Below, in pieces: positions 18,367-27,746 of a stretch of DNA of 64,000 nt. The DNA comes from Candidatus Undinarchaeota archaeon (GTDB lineage: Archaea; Undinarchaeota; Undinarchaeia; Undinarchaeales; JALTGF01). Location of the stretch: contig CAZNLD010000001.1 of assembly GCA_964574035.1 (NCBI GenBank), forward strand, positions 16,220-80,219, given 5' to 3'. How positions within the stretch are numbered: position 1 is the first letter of the stretch; each line of letters starts with the position of its first letter. The position numbers and the translations under genes are program-made. The notes beneath the pieces were generated by a model. The model was not told the origin of the DNA. It did not search any database and was given only the letters and a program-made list of their open reading frames with translations.

Positions 18367-18443
18367 ATCAATAACTATCTACTATCCACCACCCACAACC
18401 TACTGCCCACTACTCTCTACCCACCATCTTCCACCCACAACCT
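18367..18443. repeat. Degenerate heptamer array (11 units, ACYAYCY-like) directly before the rpo6 TATA box
   Basis: atcaata/actatct/actatcc/accaccc/acaacct/actgccc/actactc/tctaccc/accatct/tccaccc/acaacct. Confidence 0.85.
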
Positions 18444-18476
18444 TTATATAACTAAACCACGCTTTATAATGCTACT

Positions 18477-18722
18477 ATGTATCCGGAAAACAAACTTACA
18501 AGATTTGAAAGAGCAAGAATTATTGGTGCAAGAGCTCTGCAGATTGCGATGGGCGCGCCGATATTAATAGACATTCCTGAAGAATTAGTTGACCCTACAG
18601 AAATTGCTGTTCTTGAATTTAAAGAAAGAAGTGTTCCAATGACAGTTGTTAGAAGAGCTAAAAACAAGCCGGCTATCACTATAGATATTAAAAATATAGA
18701 TCTTGAAAAAAAGAGATATTAA
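18477..18722 (+). CDS. rpo6: RNA polymerase subunit Rpo6 (K)
   Basis: LTRFERARIIGARALQIAMGAP signature. Confidence 0.97.
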   Translation: MYPENKLTRFERARIIGARALQIAMGAPILIDIPEELVDPTEIAVLEFKERSVPMTVVRRAKNKPAITIDIKNIDLEKKRY

Positions 18723-19012
18723 AGTTTCAGCACCTGTGCATGCGGAACATCTTGTATTTTAACTATTGAATCTTTAAGAACTAATCCCAGTTCTACTGCC
18801 TTGTTTACTGTCTTTTTTCCTACCAAATTAGAAATTTGGGCCTTTTCAAGAAGCTCTCCAAATTTCTCCAGTTCAATTTTATCTCCGCCATAAAAAGACT
18901 CAGATACTTCTAATTTTAAATTCCCTTCAGAAAAGGTTTTTCCGAGCAGTTCTTCATCGCAGGCGGCTAAAATCTGATCTGCTCCTCCACCCTGAATTTT
19001 TACAGATATCAT
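18719..19012 (-). CDS. DUF424 family protein
   Basis: ILAACDEELLGK, FYGG, NLVG and VPHAQ motifs; ATG overlaps the aIF-2beta stop (TAATG). Confidence 0.9.
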   Translation of the reverse strand: MISVKIQGGGADQILAACDEELLGKTFSEGNLKLEVSESFYGGDKIELEKFGELLEKAQISNLVGKKTVNKAVELGLVLKDSIVKIQDVPHAQVLKL

Positions 19013-19419
19013 TAAACTTCCCTTACCGTATATTTTGCACTGCAGGCCTTGCATTTAATCCGAGGAACTCCGCCTTCCTGTCTTATCTCTGTGTCAGGTT
19101 TTCCGCATTCCTTGCAGAATACAAATTTATTAATATAGTCTTTGAGTTTTGAATCTAAAATCCTCTTATTTTTTCTGCCTTTCAAAATAAGTCTGTGTCC
19201 GGACAGGTCGCCTGATGTTCCTGTTTCTCCTAAAATGAATTTCATTAAATGTTTAGGGTCCCGGTGAAGTTTTCTTGAAACCTCCAAAAAGTTTTTAATT
19301 ATTGTTTTAGGGCCCTGTGTAAAAGACTTGAATTTGGGAAAATTAAATCTCTCTTTTTCTTTCTCCTGTTTAGGTAGGTCACTTCTTCCTCTTTCCAAAA
19401 GCTTTTTGTAATCGTTCAT
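19012..19419 (-). CDS. eif2b: Translation initiation factor aIF-2 beta
   Basis: ERF, TIIKNF, RDPKHL and zinc ribbon CKECGKPDT...CKAC. Confidence 0.95.
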   Translation of the reverse strand: MNDYKKLLERGRSDLPKQEKEKERFNFPKFKSFTQGPKTIIKNFLEVSRKLHRDPKHLMKFILGETGTSGDLSGHRLILKGRKNKRILDSKLKDYINKFVFCKECGKPDTEIRQEGGVPRIKCKACSAKYTVREV

Positions 19420-20021
19420 TCTATTGGCTTTAAAACTCCTTTTTTGGGTTCAAAGAGCTCTCCTTTAAACATGAGCTCTCTTACTGTATCTATGACTTTC
19501 TTGTCTTCATATGTATTTAATTCTTTTAATAGCTTTTCAAGGCTTGCTCCTTCCTCTGAATCCATTTTCTTTATTTTTTTCATGACTAAATCAGAAATAT
19601 CCACATCAGGCTTGGACTCGCTTTCTTCGGCTCCTTTTAGTTCAAGATTTCTTAAAAGCTCCCAGTTTGGATTTTTTATTTCCTTTACAATTTTAGGATT
19701 TACATATAATTCTTTCCTATACATTCCTACATAACCGATTGAATCAATTATATCTCCTTTGTTTAGTTTTTTGAGCTTGGAAAGATCTTCTTTGAAAAAA
19801 GTAAGTCTTATTGTTTCTGTGGAATCATCAAGTACTGCAAAACCATAATTTTTCTCTTCTGAAATAAATTTATCAACAATAGTTCCCAGAATCCTTACTT
19901 TTGAAACTTTGCCCCTTTTAGTTTCAACAAAAGAAGTTTTACCTTCTTCTTTATACTCTCCATTAACTAAATCTTCCGCCGATACCTTAACAGCTGTTTT
20001 TAATCTTTTTTTGTCATTCAT
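19416..20021 (-). CDS. RPA32-like single-stranded DNA-binding protein (OB fold plus C-terminal winged helix)
   Basis: KVRILGTIVDK and LDDSTETI OB strands; C-terminal GELFEPKKG. Confidence 0.85.
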   Translation of the reverse strand: MNDKKRLKTAVKVSAEDLVNGEYKEEGKTSFVETKRGKVSKVRILGTIVDKFISEEKNYGFAVLDDSTETIRLTFFKEDLSKLKKLNKGDIIDSIGYVGMYRKELYVNPKIVKEIKNPNWELLRNLELKGAEESESKPDVDISDLVMKKIKKMDSEEGASLEKLLKELNTYEDKKVIDTVRELMFKGELFEPKKGVLKPIE

Positions 20022-20022
20022 T

Positions 20023-20895
20023 TTATAGAATAAAATTTGAAATCAGGAAGAAAAGAACTGAAAAGCCCGCAATTGGAGGAAGAGCAGGTATTGCTTCAAA
20101 TTTTCCACTCATTAAAAGTGAGTGGACTAAAATAAGTCCAATGAATGCTCCTGAAATTACTGCAAAAGAATTAATTAAACCGGTTTGTATAACTGAAACT
20201 GCAAGAATTATTGGAAATGCCAGATCCCCTGTTCCAAGCATCAAAAATTTTCCCTCTCCGGGCTTTGTCTTCTTTATCTCTGCTTTTACATGCTTAATTT
20301 TTTCGGGAATAATTACAGTAAATGGGGCTCCTTTTTCGTACATTCCTTTGAACATTGAAACCATATGCTTTGTTTTAAAAACAGCTATAAAATCATATAT
20401 TGAGAGGACTGCGAGCAAAATTATTACTCCATAAATTGGCAGCTCGCTTCCTATCATTGCACTGATTCCTGCAATGGCGATCATCATAGCTAAATTCTGG
20501 GTCAATATGTTTGCTATTTTAAATCTTAATGCAACTAAAATAATTGCCAATACCATTGCAATTAAATCAGGAATAAATACAGAAAAAACAACCCAGCTTC
20601 CGTAAAAAACAAGAAATGCCATTAAACCTTTGAATATTGAACCTCCTTTTAAATATTTTAAACCGAAAATTATTAAGACCGTTGCTATTGAAAATGAAAC
20701 TAGAAAAGGCCATATATAATTAATTGTTTCAACTGCAGTTGTTGTCTGAGGAGCGATATATCCAAGAGAAGCCAGTTTTATCCCTACATAAAGACCTAAA
20801 AATTGAGTCAGAAGAAAAATTACAGACTCTGAAACGAATGCCCTCGGCCTAAAACCATGTCTACGCTTTTTGGATGAATCCCGGCTTCGGCTCAA
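20023..20895 (-). CDS. Presenilin/SPP-family GxGD intramembrane aspartyl protease
   Basis: Multiple TM helices with IYDFIAVFKTKHM, LGTGD and PALP. Start is probably the TTG at 20895 inside mcm, downstream of GGTGA; uncertain. Confidence 0.9.
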   Translation of the reverse strand: MSRSRDSSKKRRHGFRPRAFVSESVIFLLTQFLGLYVGIKLASLGYIAPQTTTAVETINYIWPFLVSFSIATVLIIFGLKYLKGGSIFKGLMAFLVFYGSWVVFSVFIPDLIAMVLAIILVALRFKIANILTQNLAMMIAIAGISAMIGSELPIYGVIILLAVLSIYDFIAVFKTKHMVSMFKGMYEKGAPFTVIIPEKIKHVKAEIKKTKPGEGKFLMLGTGDLAFPIILAVSVIQTGLINSFAVISGAFIGLILVHSLLMSGKFEAIPALPPIAGFSVLFFLISNFIL

Positions 20896-22948
20896 ACAAA
20901 TCACCCTTTTTCTTCAGTTTTTTAATTAATTCCATTGCTGAATTGCTGTCTATTCCTTTGTCATCGGCTGCTTCAAGAATTTCTTTGATGTCTATGCTTT
21001 TATCTTCCTCTTCGGTTTCTTCTGCAAGATTATCGATAATATCAAGCATGGTGTAGATTTTTCCCCTCTGTGAAGAACTGATTCCAATATCAATCCTATC
21101 AATATCAATTTTGCCAGTTTCAGGCTCTTTGCCAAGGGATTTGAGAGCGTATTCTAATAAATGGATTGCTCTTCTTGCATCATCCGGCTCTACCATTTCA
21201 CTGAGTCTGACTCTGGCGGACGCCTCTGAAAGTCTGATAAGGGCTTCAAGTTGTCTTGGGGTTAAAGAAACAGTACTTTCAGCCTCATTTACATATTTTC
21301 CTCTCCAGGTAATGTAAAAATTCTTTATCAGGTCTTTTGCATCCTCGGTAAGTTTGGGACTGCAATGAGTTCTTGCATACGCTACGTATTTTCTGATAAG
21401 CTCTGCATCAACTTCCGGTTCAATCGTTTTTGGCTTGGTTAATGAATTCAGAACATGGCCAGCCAGCTCCGTATCCCTGTCAACATTGGGAATATCTCTG
21501 ATTGGGAACTTCAAATCAAATCTGCTTAAAACGACAGGGCCGATGTCTATCTGGTCTGCAAGAGGTTTATACTGATCGAATCTTCCGTATTTTGGGTTTG
21601 CAGCTGCAAGAACGGCAGCATTTGCTCTAAGAGTAGTTACGATTCCTGCCTTTGCCACAGAAACAGTTCCCTGCTCCATTGCCTCCAGCATTGCAGAAAC
21701 ATCTTCATCTCTCATTTTGTCAAATTCGTCTACTGTTGCAATACCATTATTTGCAAGAACCATTGCTCCTGCTTCCAAAGTCCAGCCAGAGAATTCATCT
21801 CTGACTACGGCAGCTGTTAAACCAGCACCAGATGCTTTTTTACCTGAAACAAATCTTCCTTTTGGCGAAAGGTCTGAAACATATCTCAACAATTGTGATT
21901 TTCCAACAGCAGGATCTCCAATTAAAAATAGATGAATATTTCCTCTGATTCTGGTTCCATCCGGCTGTGTTTTTGAAACTCCTCCAAAAAGCTGGAGAAG
22001 TATTGCCTCTTTAATTTCCTCGTATCCGTAAATGGACGGAGCCATACTTTTTATGAGAGTTTCATAAACTTTTTCATTGCTTGCGAGTTCCTTAATTTTA
22101 GCTATGTCTTCCTCTTCAAGTTCAATTTCTTCAAATTCTCTCTGGATAGTTTCAATGTAATTGGCATAAACGTATAAATCATATCTTGTTGACCTGCTTC
22201 CTCTCCTTGAAGTATTAGGCATTTTTTTCAGAATACCGACTGCATTAATTCTATTACCAGGCATCACTTTTTTTCTTTCATGAGGAGAGGTTAAATCGTT
22301 CGAAAGGACAATATATAGTTCAGAGGGTTGCTCCCCTCCTACGATTGTTTCAGGAGGCTCCTGAATTTTTATTCTTTGAATGTCGACAAGTTCCACATCA
22401 ATCTCTTTGAAGTGCCCTCTTGCACCGCAGGTTGGGTCGTCGCACATTCTTGGTTTTCTGATTTTCTTTTTGTCCTGAATCATTACTATATTTTTACCGC
22501 ATTCCGGACATTGATAAGTTATTTTTGTTGCTTCCGGTCTTACTTCTGAAGCACTTTTTACAATCCCGTCAATTGTTATTAACTGTTCAAGATCTTCTGA
22601 ACGAATATCTCTTATATTGACTACTTGAGATTCAGGAAGATTAAAAAATCGAACATTAATTGAATAATCGCCGTCTATTGATAATTCTATTTCTTCTAAG
22701 GAATCCTCTGCTGCTTTAATCACTTCTTCAGGGTTGGATATCAGCTGGTCGGCAACCCTTGGATCGAATTTATCTAACTCATTAAAGTCAACATCAATAG
22801 ACTGCCTATCAGGGTAATTGCCTGCAAGCTCCAAAAGTTCATCCATATAATTTTCTCTGAAAAAAGTTTCAAATTTTTCCAATAAATCGAACTCAGTGCT
22901 TTCTACAAAAGTTTGTTTTGAGAGAGTGCTCCCTCTTTCTGATGCCAT
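20861..22948 (-). CDS. mcm: MCM replicative helicase (no intein)
   Basis: Zinc finger CPECG...CDDPTC, Walker A GDPAVGKSQ, VDEFDKM, SRFD and C-terminal WH. Confidence 0.98.
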   Translation of the reverse strand: MASERGSTLSKQTFVESTEFDLLEKFETFFRENYMDELLELAGNYPDRQSIDVDFNELDKFDPRVADQLISNPEEVIKAAEDSLEEIELSIDGDYSINVRFFNLPESQVVNIRDIRSEDLEQLITIDGIVKSASEVRPEATKITYQCPECGKNIVMIQDKKKIRKPRMCDDPTCGARGHFKEIDVELVDIQRIKIQEPPETIVGGEQPSELYIVLSNDLTSPHERKKVMPGNRINAVGILKKMPNTSRRGSRSTRYDLYVYANYIETIQREFEEIELEEEDIAKIKELASNEKVYETLIKSMAPSIYGYEEIKEAILLQLFGGVSKTQPDGTRIRGNIHLFLIGDPAVGKSQLLRYVSDLSPKGRFVSGKKASGAGLTAAVVRDEFSGWTLEAGAMVLANNGIATVDEFDKMRDEDVSAMLEAMEQGTVSVAKAGIVTTLRANAAVLAAANPKYGRFDQYKPLADQIDIGPVVLSRFDLKFPIRDIPNVDRDTELAGHVLNSLTKPKTIEPEVDAELIRKYVAYARTHCSPKLTEDAKDLIKNFYITWRGKYVNEAESTVSLTPRQLEALIRLSEASARVRLSEMVEPDDARRAIHLLEYALKSLGKEPETGKIDIDRIDIGISSSQRGKIYTMLDIIDNLAEETEEEDKSIDIKEILEAADDKGIDSNSAMELIKKLKKKGDLFEPKPGFIQKA

Positions 22949-22965
22949 TTTTATTTTAAAAATAT

Positions 22966-22995
22966 GGAAGCAGGTTCCCTTTCGGAAACCCCTCC
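22966..22995 (-). promoter_or_regulatory. GNRA-capped RNA hairpin in the predicted mcm 5' leader
   Basis: Minus strand GGAGG-GGTTTCC-GAAA-GGGAACC-TG-CTTCC. Its G-U pairs work only on the mcm sense strand. BRE/TATA-like GAAAGTTAAATA lies at about 23050-23039. Confidence 0.55.
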
Positions 22996-23055
22996 ACCTC
23001 CTGTTTGTTCTGTTAAGATATAGGTTGTATTTAACAGTTATTTAACTTTCGGCAG

Positions 23056-23619
23056 TTAAATTGCTTTTGCCTTCTTAAGTTCCTTTACAAGACGTTCAAC
23101 GCCCCGCTTTACGTCAACCTTTTTCTTTGCACCGGTGCAAACGATTTTTCCGGACCTGAACAACAGAAATACGACCTTCGGATCAAATATTCTGAAAACA
23201 AGTCCCGGGAACTGCTCCGGTTCAAACTCCGCGTTGTCAAGTGAAAATGCAATCTCGTCCAGATTTAGTTCGACTCCTAAATCGGATGATGCTACAATAT
23301 TTTGAACAGTTATTGTTGCTTTTCCCTTGACTTTTAAACCAACGCTTCTAATCTGTTTTACGGTTTTTTCAATTGCCTTTTTGATTAACTTTGGTTCTTT
23401 AGTTCCCGTGCAAACCATCTTGCCGGATGTGAAAACAAGAATTGCTGATTTTGGTTCGTCTAATCTGAGAACCAAACCAGGGAACTGCTCTGGTTCATAC
23501 TCTGCATTTGGAAGAGCTGAAGCGAGCCTGTCAAGGTCAATCTCAGCGTCAATTGAAGCAGAAGCCACTACGTTTTCAATTTTAATACGTGGTGTCTTTG
23601 CTTTTGATTTTTTTGCCAT
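23056..23619 (-). CDS. tbp: TATA-box binding protein
   Basis: Two repeats of NVVAS/NIVAS...EPEQFPGLV...SGK.VCTG; GGAGG SD upstream. Confidence 0.98.
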   Translation of the reverse strand: MAKKSKAKTPRIKIENVVASASIDAEIDLDRLASALPNAEYEPEQFPGLVLRLDEPKSAILVFTSGKMVCTGTKEPKLIKKAIEKTVKQIRSVGLKVKGKATITVQNIVASSDLGVELNLDEIAFSLDNAEFEPEQFPGLVFRIFDPKVVFLLFRSGKIVCTGAKKKVDVKRGVERLVKELKKAKAI

Positions 23620-23706
23620 TCTATATTACCTCCTTGAGTAGAATTTTTTAGGGTTTAAATATATATTTAAAGGAGTATTTAAATGCTGGGTTTATAAAGG
23701 GAAAAG

Positions 23707-23842
23707 GGTGTTCGATGTTAAGATGTTCGATAAGTGATAGTAGATTATGCATAGTCGGCAGCTGCTGGTAGGTATTTATCAATTCTTACAGTTTGTCTAA
23801 CTGTCGATTGTCTATTGTCTAATATCAATTGTCCATTATCGA
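23707..23842 (-). repeat. Heptamer-armed intergenic element, copy 1 (core CCAGCAGCTGCC at 23757-23768)
   Basis: Begins right after the ahcY stop: tcgataa/tggacaa/ttgatat/tagacaa/tagacaa/tcgacag/ttagacaa, then the core, then inverted ttatcga/acatcga-type units. Confidence 0.8.
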
Positions 23843-25093
23843 TTACGTTCCTTCTTCCCAGCTTGACAGATATTTCTTCTGCTCTTTAGAAAGTTCGTCA
23901 ATTTCCATTCCCATCGTTTTCAGCTTCATTTCCGCTATTCTTTCGTCAATTTTTCTTGGTACTGAATAAACTCTGGGCTCCATATCAGAATGGTTGTTTA
24001 AAATATATTCAGCCATTAAAGATTGATTCGCAAAACTCATATCCATTACTTCGCACGGATGCCCTTCCGCAGCCGCCAAATTTACAAGTCTTCCTTCAGC
24101 CAGCAGATAAATTTTCCTGCCGTCCTTTAAAGTATATTCCTTCGTATTATTTCTGATTTCTCTTGAATTTTTGCTTAATTTTTCAAGCTCAGGGATATTA
24201 ATTTCATTATTGAAATGACCTGAATTTGCCAGAACTGCACCATCCTTCATCTTTTTAAAATGCTCTTTTGTAATTATGTTCTTATCTCCAGTTGCTGTAA
24301 CAAATATATCTCCGATTTTGGATGCTTCAGACATTTTCATTACTGTGAAGCCGTCCATTGCCGCTTCAAGTGCTTTTACAGGGTCAACCTCAGTCACAAA
24401 TACTCTGGCACCCATTCCTTTTGCTCTCATGGCAATTCCCCTGGAACACCAGCCATAGCCTGCAACAACAAAATTACTTCCTGCAATCATTACAGAAGTT
24501 GCCCTTAGAATTCCATCAATTGTGGACTGCCCAGTTCCGTATCTGTTGTCAAACAAATGCTTTGTCATTGCATCATTTACTGCAACAACCGGGAACTTCA
24601 GAACATTGTCCTTTTCCATTGCTCTAAACCGAATTACTCCGGTTGTGGTTTCTTCAGTTCCTCCCAAAACATTTGGAATTAAATCTTCCCTTTTTGAGTG
24701 TAAGGTGGCAATTAAATCTCCACCGTCGTCCATTGTTATTTTTGGTTTGCCGTCTAAAACCTTATTTACACACCAATAATATTCTTCTTCAGAAACGCCT
24801 CTCCAGGCAAAAACATTTATTCCATCTTTGGCGAGCTGCGCAGCTACATCATCCTGCGTACTTAATGGATTTGAACCGCATAAATAGACATCCGCTCCTC
24901 CTGCTTTTAGAGTTCTCATTAAAATTCCGGTTTCTTTTGTTACATGCAGGCAGGCGCCAAGTGAACTTCCTTCAAGCGGCTTCTCTTTCTTAAATCTCTT
25001 TCTTATTTCCTGAAGAACCGGCATGTGATCTTCAGCCCAGTCAAGTTTTAATTTTCCTTTTTCAGCTAAATTTTTGTCTTTTACTTTACTCAT
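23843..25093 (-). CDS. ahcY: Adenosylhomocysteinase
   Basis: [35 protein letters not shown] and [11 protein letters not shown] motifs. Confidence 0.98.
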   Translation of the reverse strand: MSKVKDKNLAEKGKLKLDWAEDHMPVLQEIRKRFKKEKPLEGSSLGACLHVTKETGILMRTLKAGGADVYLCGSNPLSTQDDVAAQLAKDGINVFAWRGVSEEEYYWCVNKVLDGKPKITMDDGGDLIATLHSKREDLIPNVLGGTEETTTGVIRFRAMEKDNVLKFPVVAVNDAMTKHLFDNRYGTGQSTIDGILRATSVMIAGSNFVVAGYGWCSRGIAMRAKGMGARVFVTEVDPVKALEAAMDGFTVMKMSEASKIGDIFVTATGDKNIITKEHFKKMKDGAVLANSGHFNNEINIPELEKLSKNSREIRNNTKEYTLKDGRKIYLLAEGRLVNLAAAEGHPCEVMDMSFANQSLMAEYILNNHSDMEPRVYSVPRKIDERIAEMKLKTMGMEIDELSKEQKKYLSSWEEGT

Positions 25094-25622
25094 TTTTATC
25101 GTATTTTACAAGTGAATAAACACCATAGTCGCTTATTTTTTCCCTTCCGTTTAAATCTGAAAGTTCAACTACGAATGCAATTCCCTGTACTTTACCTCCT
25201 GCTTTTTCTACTAATTTTGCTGCAGCTTCCATTGTTCCGCCAGTTGCCAAAAGGTCGTCAACCAGCAAAATATTTTGGCCTGCAACAAATGCATCTTTAT
25301 GAACTTCTAAAGCATCTACGCCGTATTCAAGCTCATATTCTTCTTTGAAAACATCAAAGGGGAGTTTTCCCGGTTTTCTGGCAATTGCAAATTCTTTTCC
25401 CATTGCATAAGCCAGAGCTGCTCCGAAAATGAATCCTCTGCTTTCTATTCCAAGAATTACATCAATATCTTTTTCTTTATAATGGTCCGCCCAGTGGTCA
25501 ATTACAAACTGAAAAGAAGCAGGGTCCTGAATTAAAGTAGTAATGTCTCTGAAAATAATTCCTTTCTTTGGAAAATCAGGTATGTTTCTGATTTTTTCTT
25601 TTAAATTTTCTATTGAGTCCAT
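25086..25622 (-). CDS. apt: Adenine phosphoribosyltransferase
   Basis: [27 protein letters not shown] and [10 protein letters not shown] motifs. Confidence 0.96.
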   Translation of the reverse strand: MDSIENLKEKIRNIPDFPKKGIIFRDITTLIQDPASFQFVIDHWADHYKEKDIDVILGIESRGFIFGAALAYAMGKEFAIARKPGKLPFDVFKEEYELEYGVDALEVHKDAFVAGQNILLVDDLLATGGTMEAAAKLVEKAGGKVQGIAFVVELSDLNGREKISDYGVYSLVKYDKNE

Positions 25623-25686
25623 TCTCCAATTGATTAACTAAATACGACATCTTTTATATATTTAGGTGTTAATTAGTATTAGGAAA

Positions 25687-26478
25687 ATGGTAAAAGCAAA
25701 AATAGGTATTATTGGAGGGACTGGGGTTTATGACTCCAAAATGCTGAAAAATTCAAAAGAACTTGAGATGAAAACTCCTTATGGAGATCCTTCGGATAAA
25801 ATTACAGTCGGGAAATTTGAAGACACAGAGATTGCATTTCTTCCAAGACATGGAAAAGACCATACCATTCCACCTCACAAGATAAACGGCAGGGCAAACA
25901 TTTATGCTTTGAAAGAGCTTGGAGTTGAAAGAATTCTGGCTCCGCAGGCAGTCGGCTCCTTAAGAGAAGAAATGAAACCGGGCGATATTGTTTTTCCAGA
26001 CCAGTTTATTAACAGAACCTGGGAGAGACTTGAAACATTTTATGATGAAGATCAGGTATGCCATATATCAATGGCGGACCCTTTTTGTATTGAATTGAAA
26101 GAAAAATTAATTAAAAATTCCAAAGGTAAGGATTTTGACTTTCATGAGGGAGGAACATATGTATGCATTCAGGGACCGAGATTTTCAACTCGGGCTGAAT
26201 CAAACATGTATCGGCAGTGGGGCGCAGACATAATTGGAATGACTTTGGTTCCCGAAGTTGTTTTAGCAAGAGAAGCAGAAATCTGCTATTCTTCGATTGC
26301 AACTATTACGGATTATGACTGCTGGAAGGAAACTGCTGTTTCTTTGGATGACGTGGTTAAGACAATGAAGAAAAATCAGGAAAAGGTTAAGGACATTTTA
26401 AAAACAGTTGTTCCTGAAATACCAGAAGAGAGAGGAAACTGCGAATGCGGAAATGCGCTGAAAGGCGCACTAATCTAA
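25687..26478 (+). CDS. mtnP: 5'-methylthioadenosine phosphorylase
   Basis: IGIIGGTG, FLPRHG, GPRFSTRAES, IGMT and TDYDCW motifs. Confidence 0.94.
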   Translation: MVKAKIGIIGGTGVYDSKMLKNSKELEMKTPYGDPSDKITVGKFEDTEIAFLPRHGKDHTIPPHKINGRANIYALKELGVERILAPQAVGSLREEMKPGDIVFPDQFINRTWERLETFYDEDQVCHISMADPFCIELKEKLIKNSKGKDFDFHEGGTYVCIQGPRFSTRAESNMYRQWGADIIGMTLVPEVVLAREAEICYSSIATITDYDCWKETAVSLDDVVKTMKKNQEKVKDILKTVVPEIPEERGNCECGNALKGALI

Positions 26479-26482
26479 CTAA

Positions 26483-27745
26483 ATGAAAGTTTATATTGAA
26501 ACATACGGCTGTTCAGCTAATTTTTCTGACTCTGAAATAATGTCAGGTCTTTTAAAAGAAGCAGGGCATGAACTTGTTGATTCTGAAAAGAAAGCAGATG
26601 CGGTAATTCTTAATTCCTGTTATGTTAAAGATCCAACAGAAAGAAAAATGAAAAAGAGGATTAAAAAATTAAAGAATAAAAAGCTGATTGTTGCCGGCTG
26701 TTTTCCTGAATCAGACAGAGCTGGAATAGAAGAAATTGCTCCTTCTGCTTCTTTAATTGGGCCAAGAAATATACAGAACATTGTTGAAGTTGTTGAATCA
26801 GATGAAAAAATAGTTGAACTTGGAGGACCGGGCGTAGAAAAATCTAAGCTTCCTAAAAAGAGAAAAAATCCAGTAGTAAATATTGTTCAGATAAATGAGG
26901 GCTGTTTATGTGAATGCTCCTTTTGCATAACAAAACATTCCAGAGGAAGACTGCAGAGCTATTCAATTGGAGCAATTATAAATGATGTAAAAAAATCGCT
27001 GGAAGAGGGATGCAAAGAAATATGGCTAACTTCTCAAGATACTGGAGCATACGGGCTGGACTTTAACAGAAATCTGGCTGAGCTCCTGAATAAAGTTTCA
27101 GAAATTAAGGGAGATTTCAAAACTAGAATTGGAATGATGAATCCAATACACGCCATAAGAATTCTACCTGAATTAATTGCTTCTTACAAAAGTGAAAAGA
27201 TATTCAAGTTTCTGCATTTGCCAATTCAATCCGGCTCTGACAGAATTTTAGATAAAATGAAAAGAGGAAACTCTGTTCAGGAATTTGAAACGATTATTGA
27301 AAAGTTCAGAGAAGCATTCCCAAAGCTTGCATTAAGTACAGATGTAATTGTTGGTTTTCCTTCTGAAACTGAATCTGATTTTCAGAAAACTCTTGACTTA
27401 ATTGAAAGGATTAAACCAGATATTGTAAATATTTCAAGATACGGCGCCAGACCAGGAACTGAAGCCGCTGAATTTGAACAAATTTCCGGCTGGAAGAAAA
27501 AAGAGAGGAGCAGGAAGTTGACTAAACTTGTTAAAAAAGTCGGGCTTGAGAAAAATAAAGAATGGCTGGACTGGACCGGAGAAATTTTGATAGATAAAAA
27601 AGGAAAACCCGGAAGCTGGATTGGAAGAAATTTTGCATACAAACCAATTGTTGTTAGGAGTAAAGAAAATCTTCTTGGAAAGAGGCTGAAAATTAAGATA
27701 ATAAAAGCTAAACCAACTTATTTGATTTCAGAAATCCAGGACTAA
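26483..27745 (+). CDS. tRNA t6A37 methylthiotransferase (archaeal e-MtaB/CDKAL1-like radical SAM)
   Basis: ETYGCSAN, NSC, GC, CLCECSFC and C-terminal TRAM GRNFAYKPIVV. Confidence 0.92.
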   Translation: MKVYIETYGCSANFSDSEIMSGLLKEAGHELVDSEKKADAVILNSCYVKDPTERKMKKRIKKLKNKKLIVAGCFPESDRAGIEEIAPSASLIGPRNIQNIVEVVESDEKIVELGGPGVEKSKLPKKRKNPVVNIVQINEGCLCECSFCITKHSRGRLQSYSIGAIINDVKKSLEEGCKEIWLTSQDTGAYGLDFNRNLAELLNKVSEIKGDFKTRIGMMNPIHAIRILPELIASYKSEKIFKFLHLPIQSGSDRILDKMKRGNSVQEFETIIEKFREAFPKLALSTDVIVGFPSETESDFQKTLDLIERIKPDIVNISRYGARPGTEAAEFEQISGWKKKERSRKLTKLVKKVGLEKNKEWLDWTGEILIDKKGKPGSWIGRNFAYKPIVVRSKENLLGKRLKIKIIKAKPTYLISEIQD

Positions 27746-27746
27746 A

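Noticed and set aside
20861..22948. Intein in MCM (also considered for TopoVI, TFB and SMC)
   Set aside because: Lengths are normal or short, and no C...HN-(C/S/T) insertion or LAGLIDADG motif is visible.
22973..22990. ORB-like replication origin box upstream of mcm
   Set aside because: Single copy, poor match to GTTCCAGTGGAAAC, no cdc6 nearby; a strand-specific RNA hairpin explains it better.
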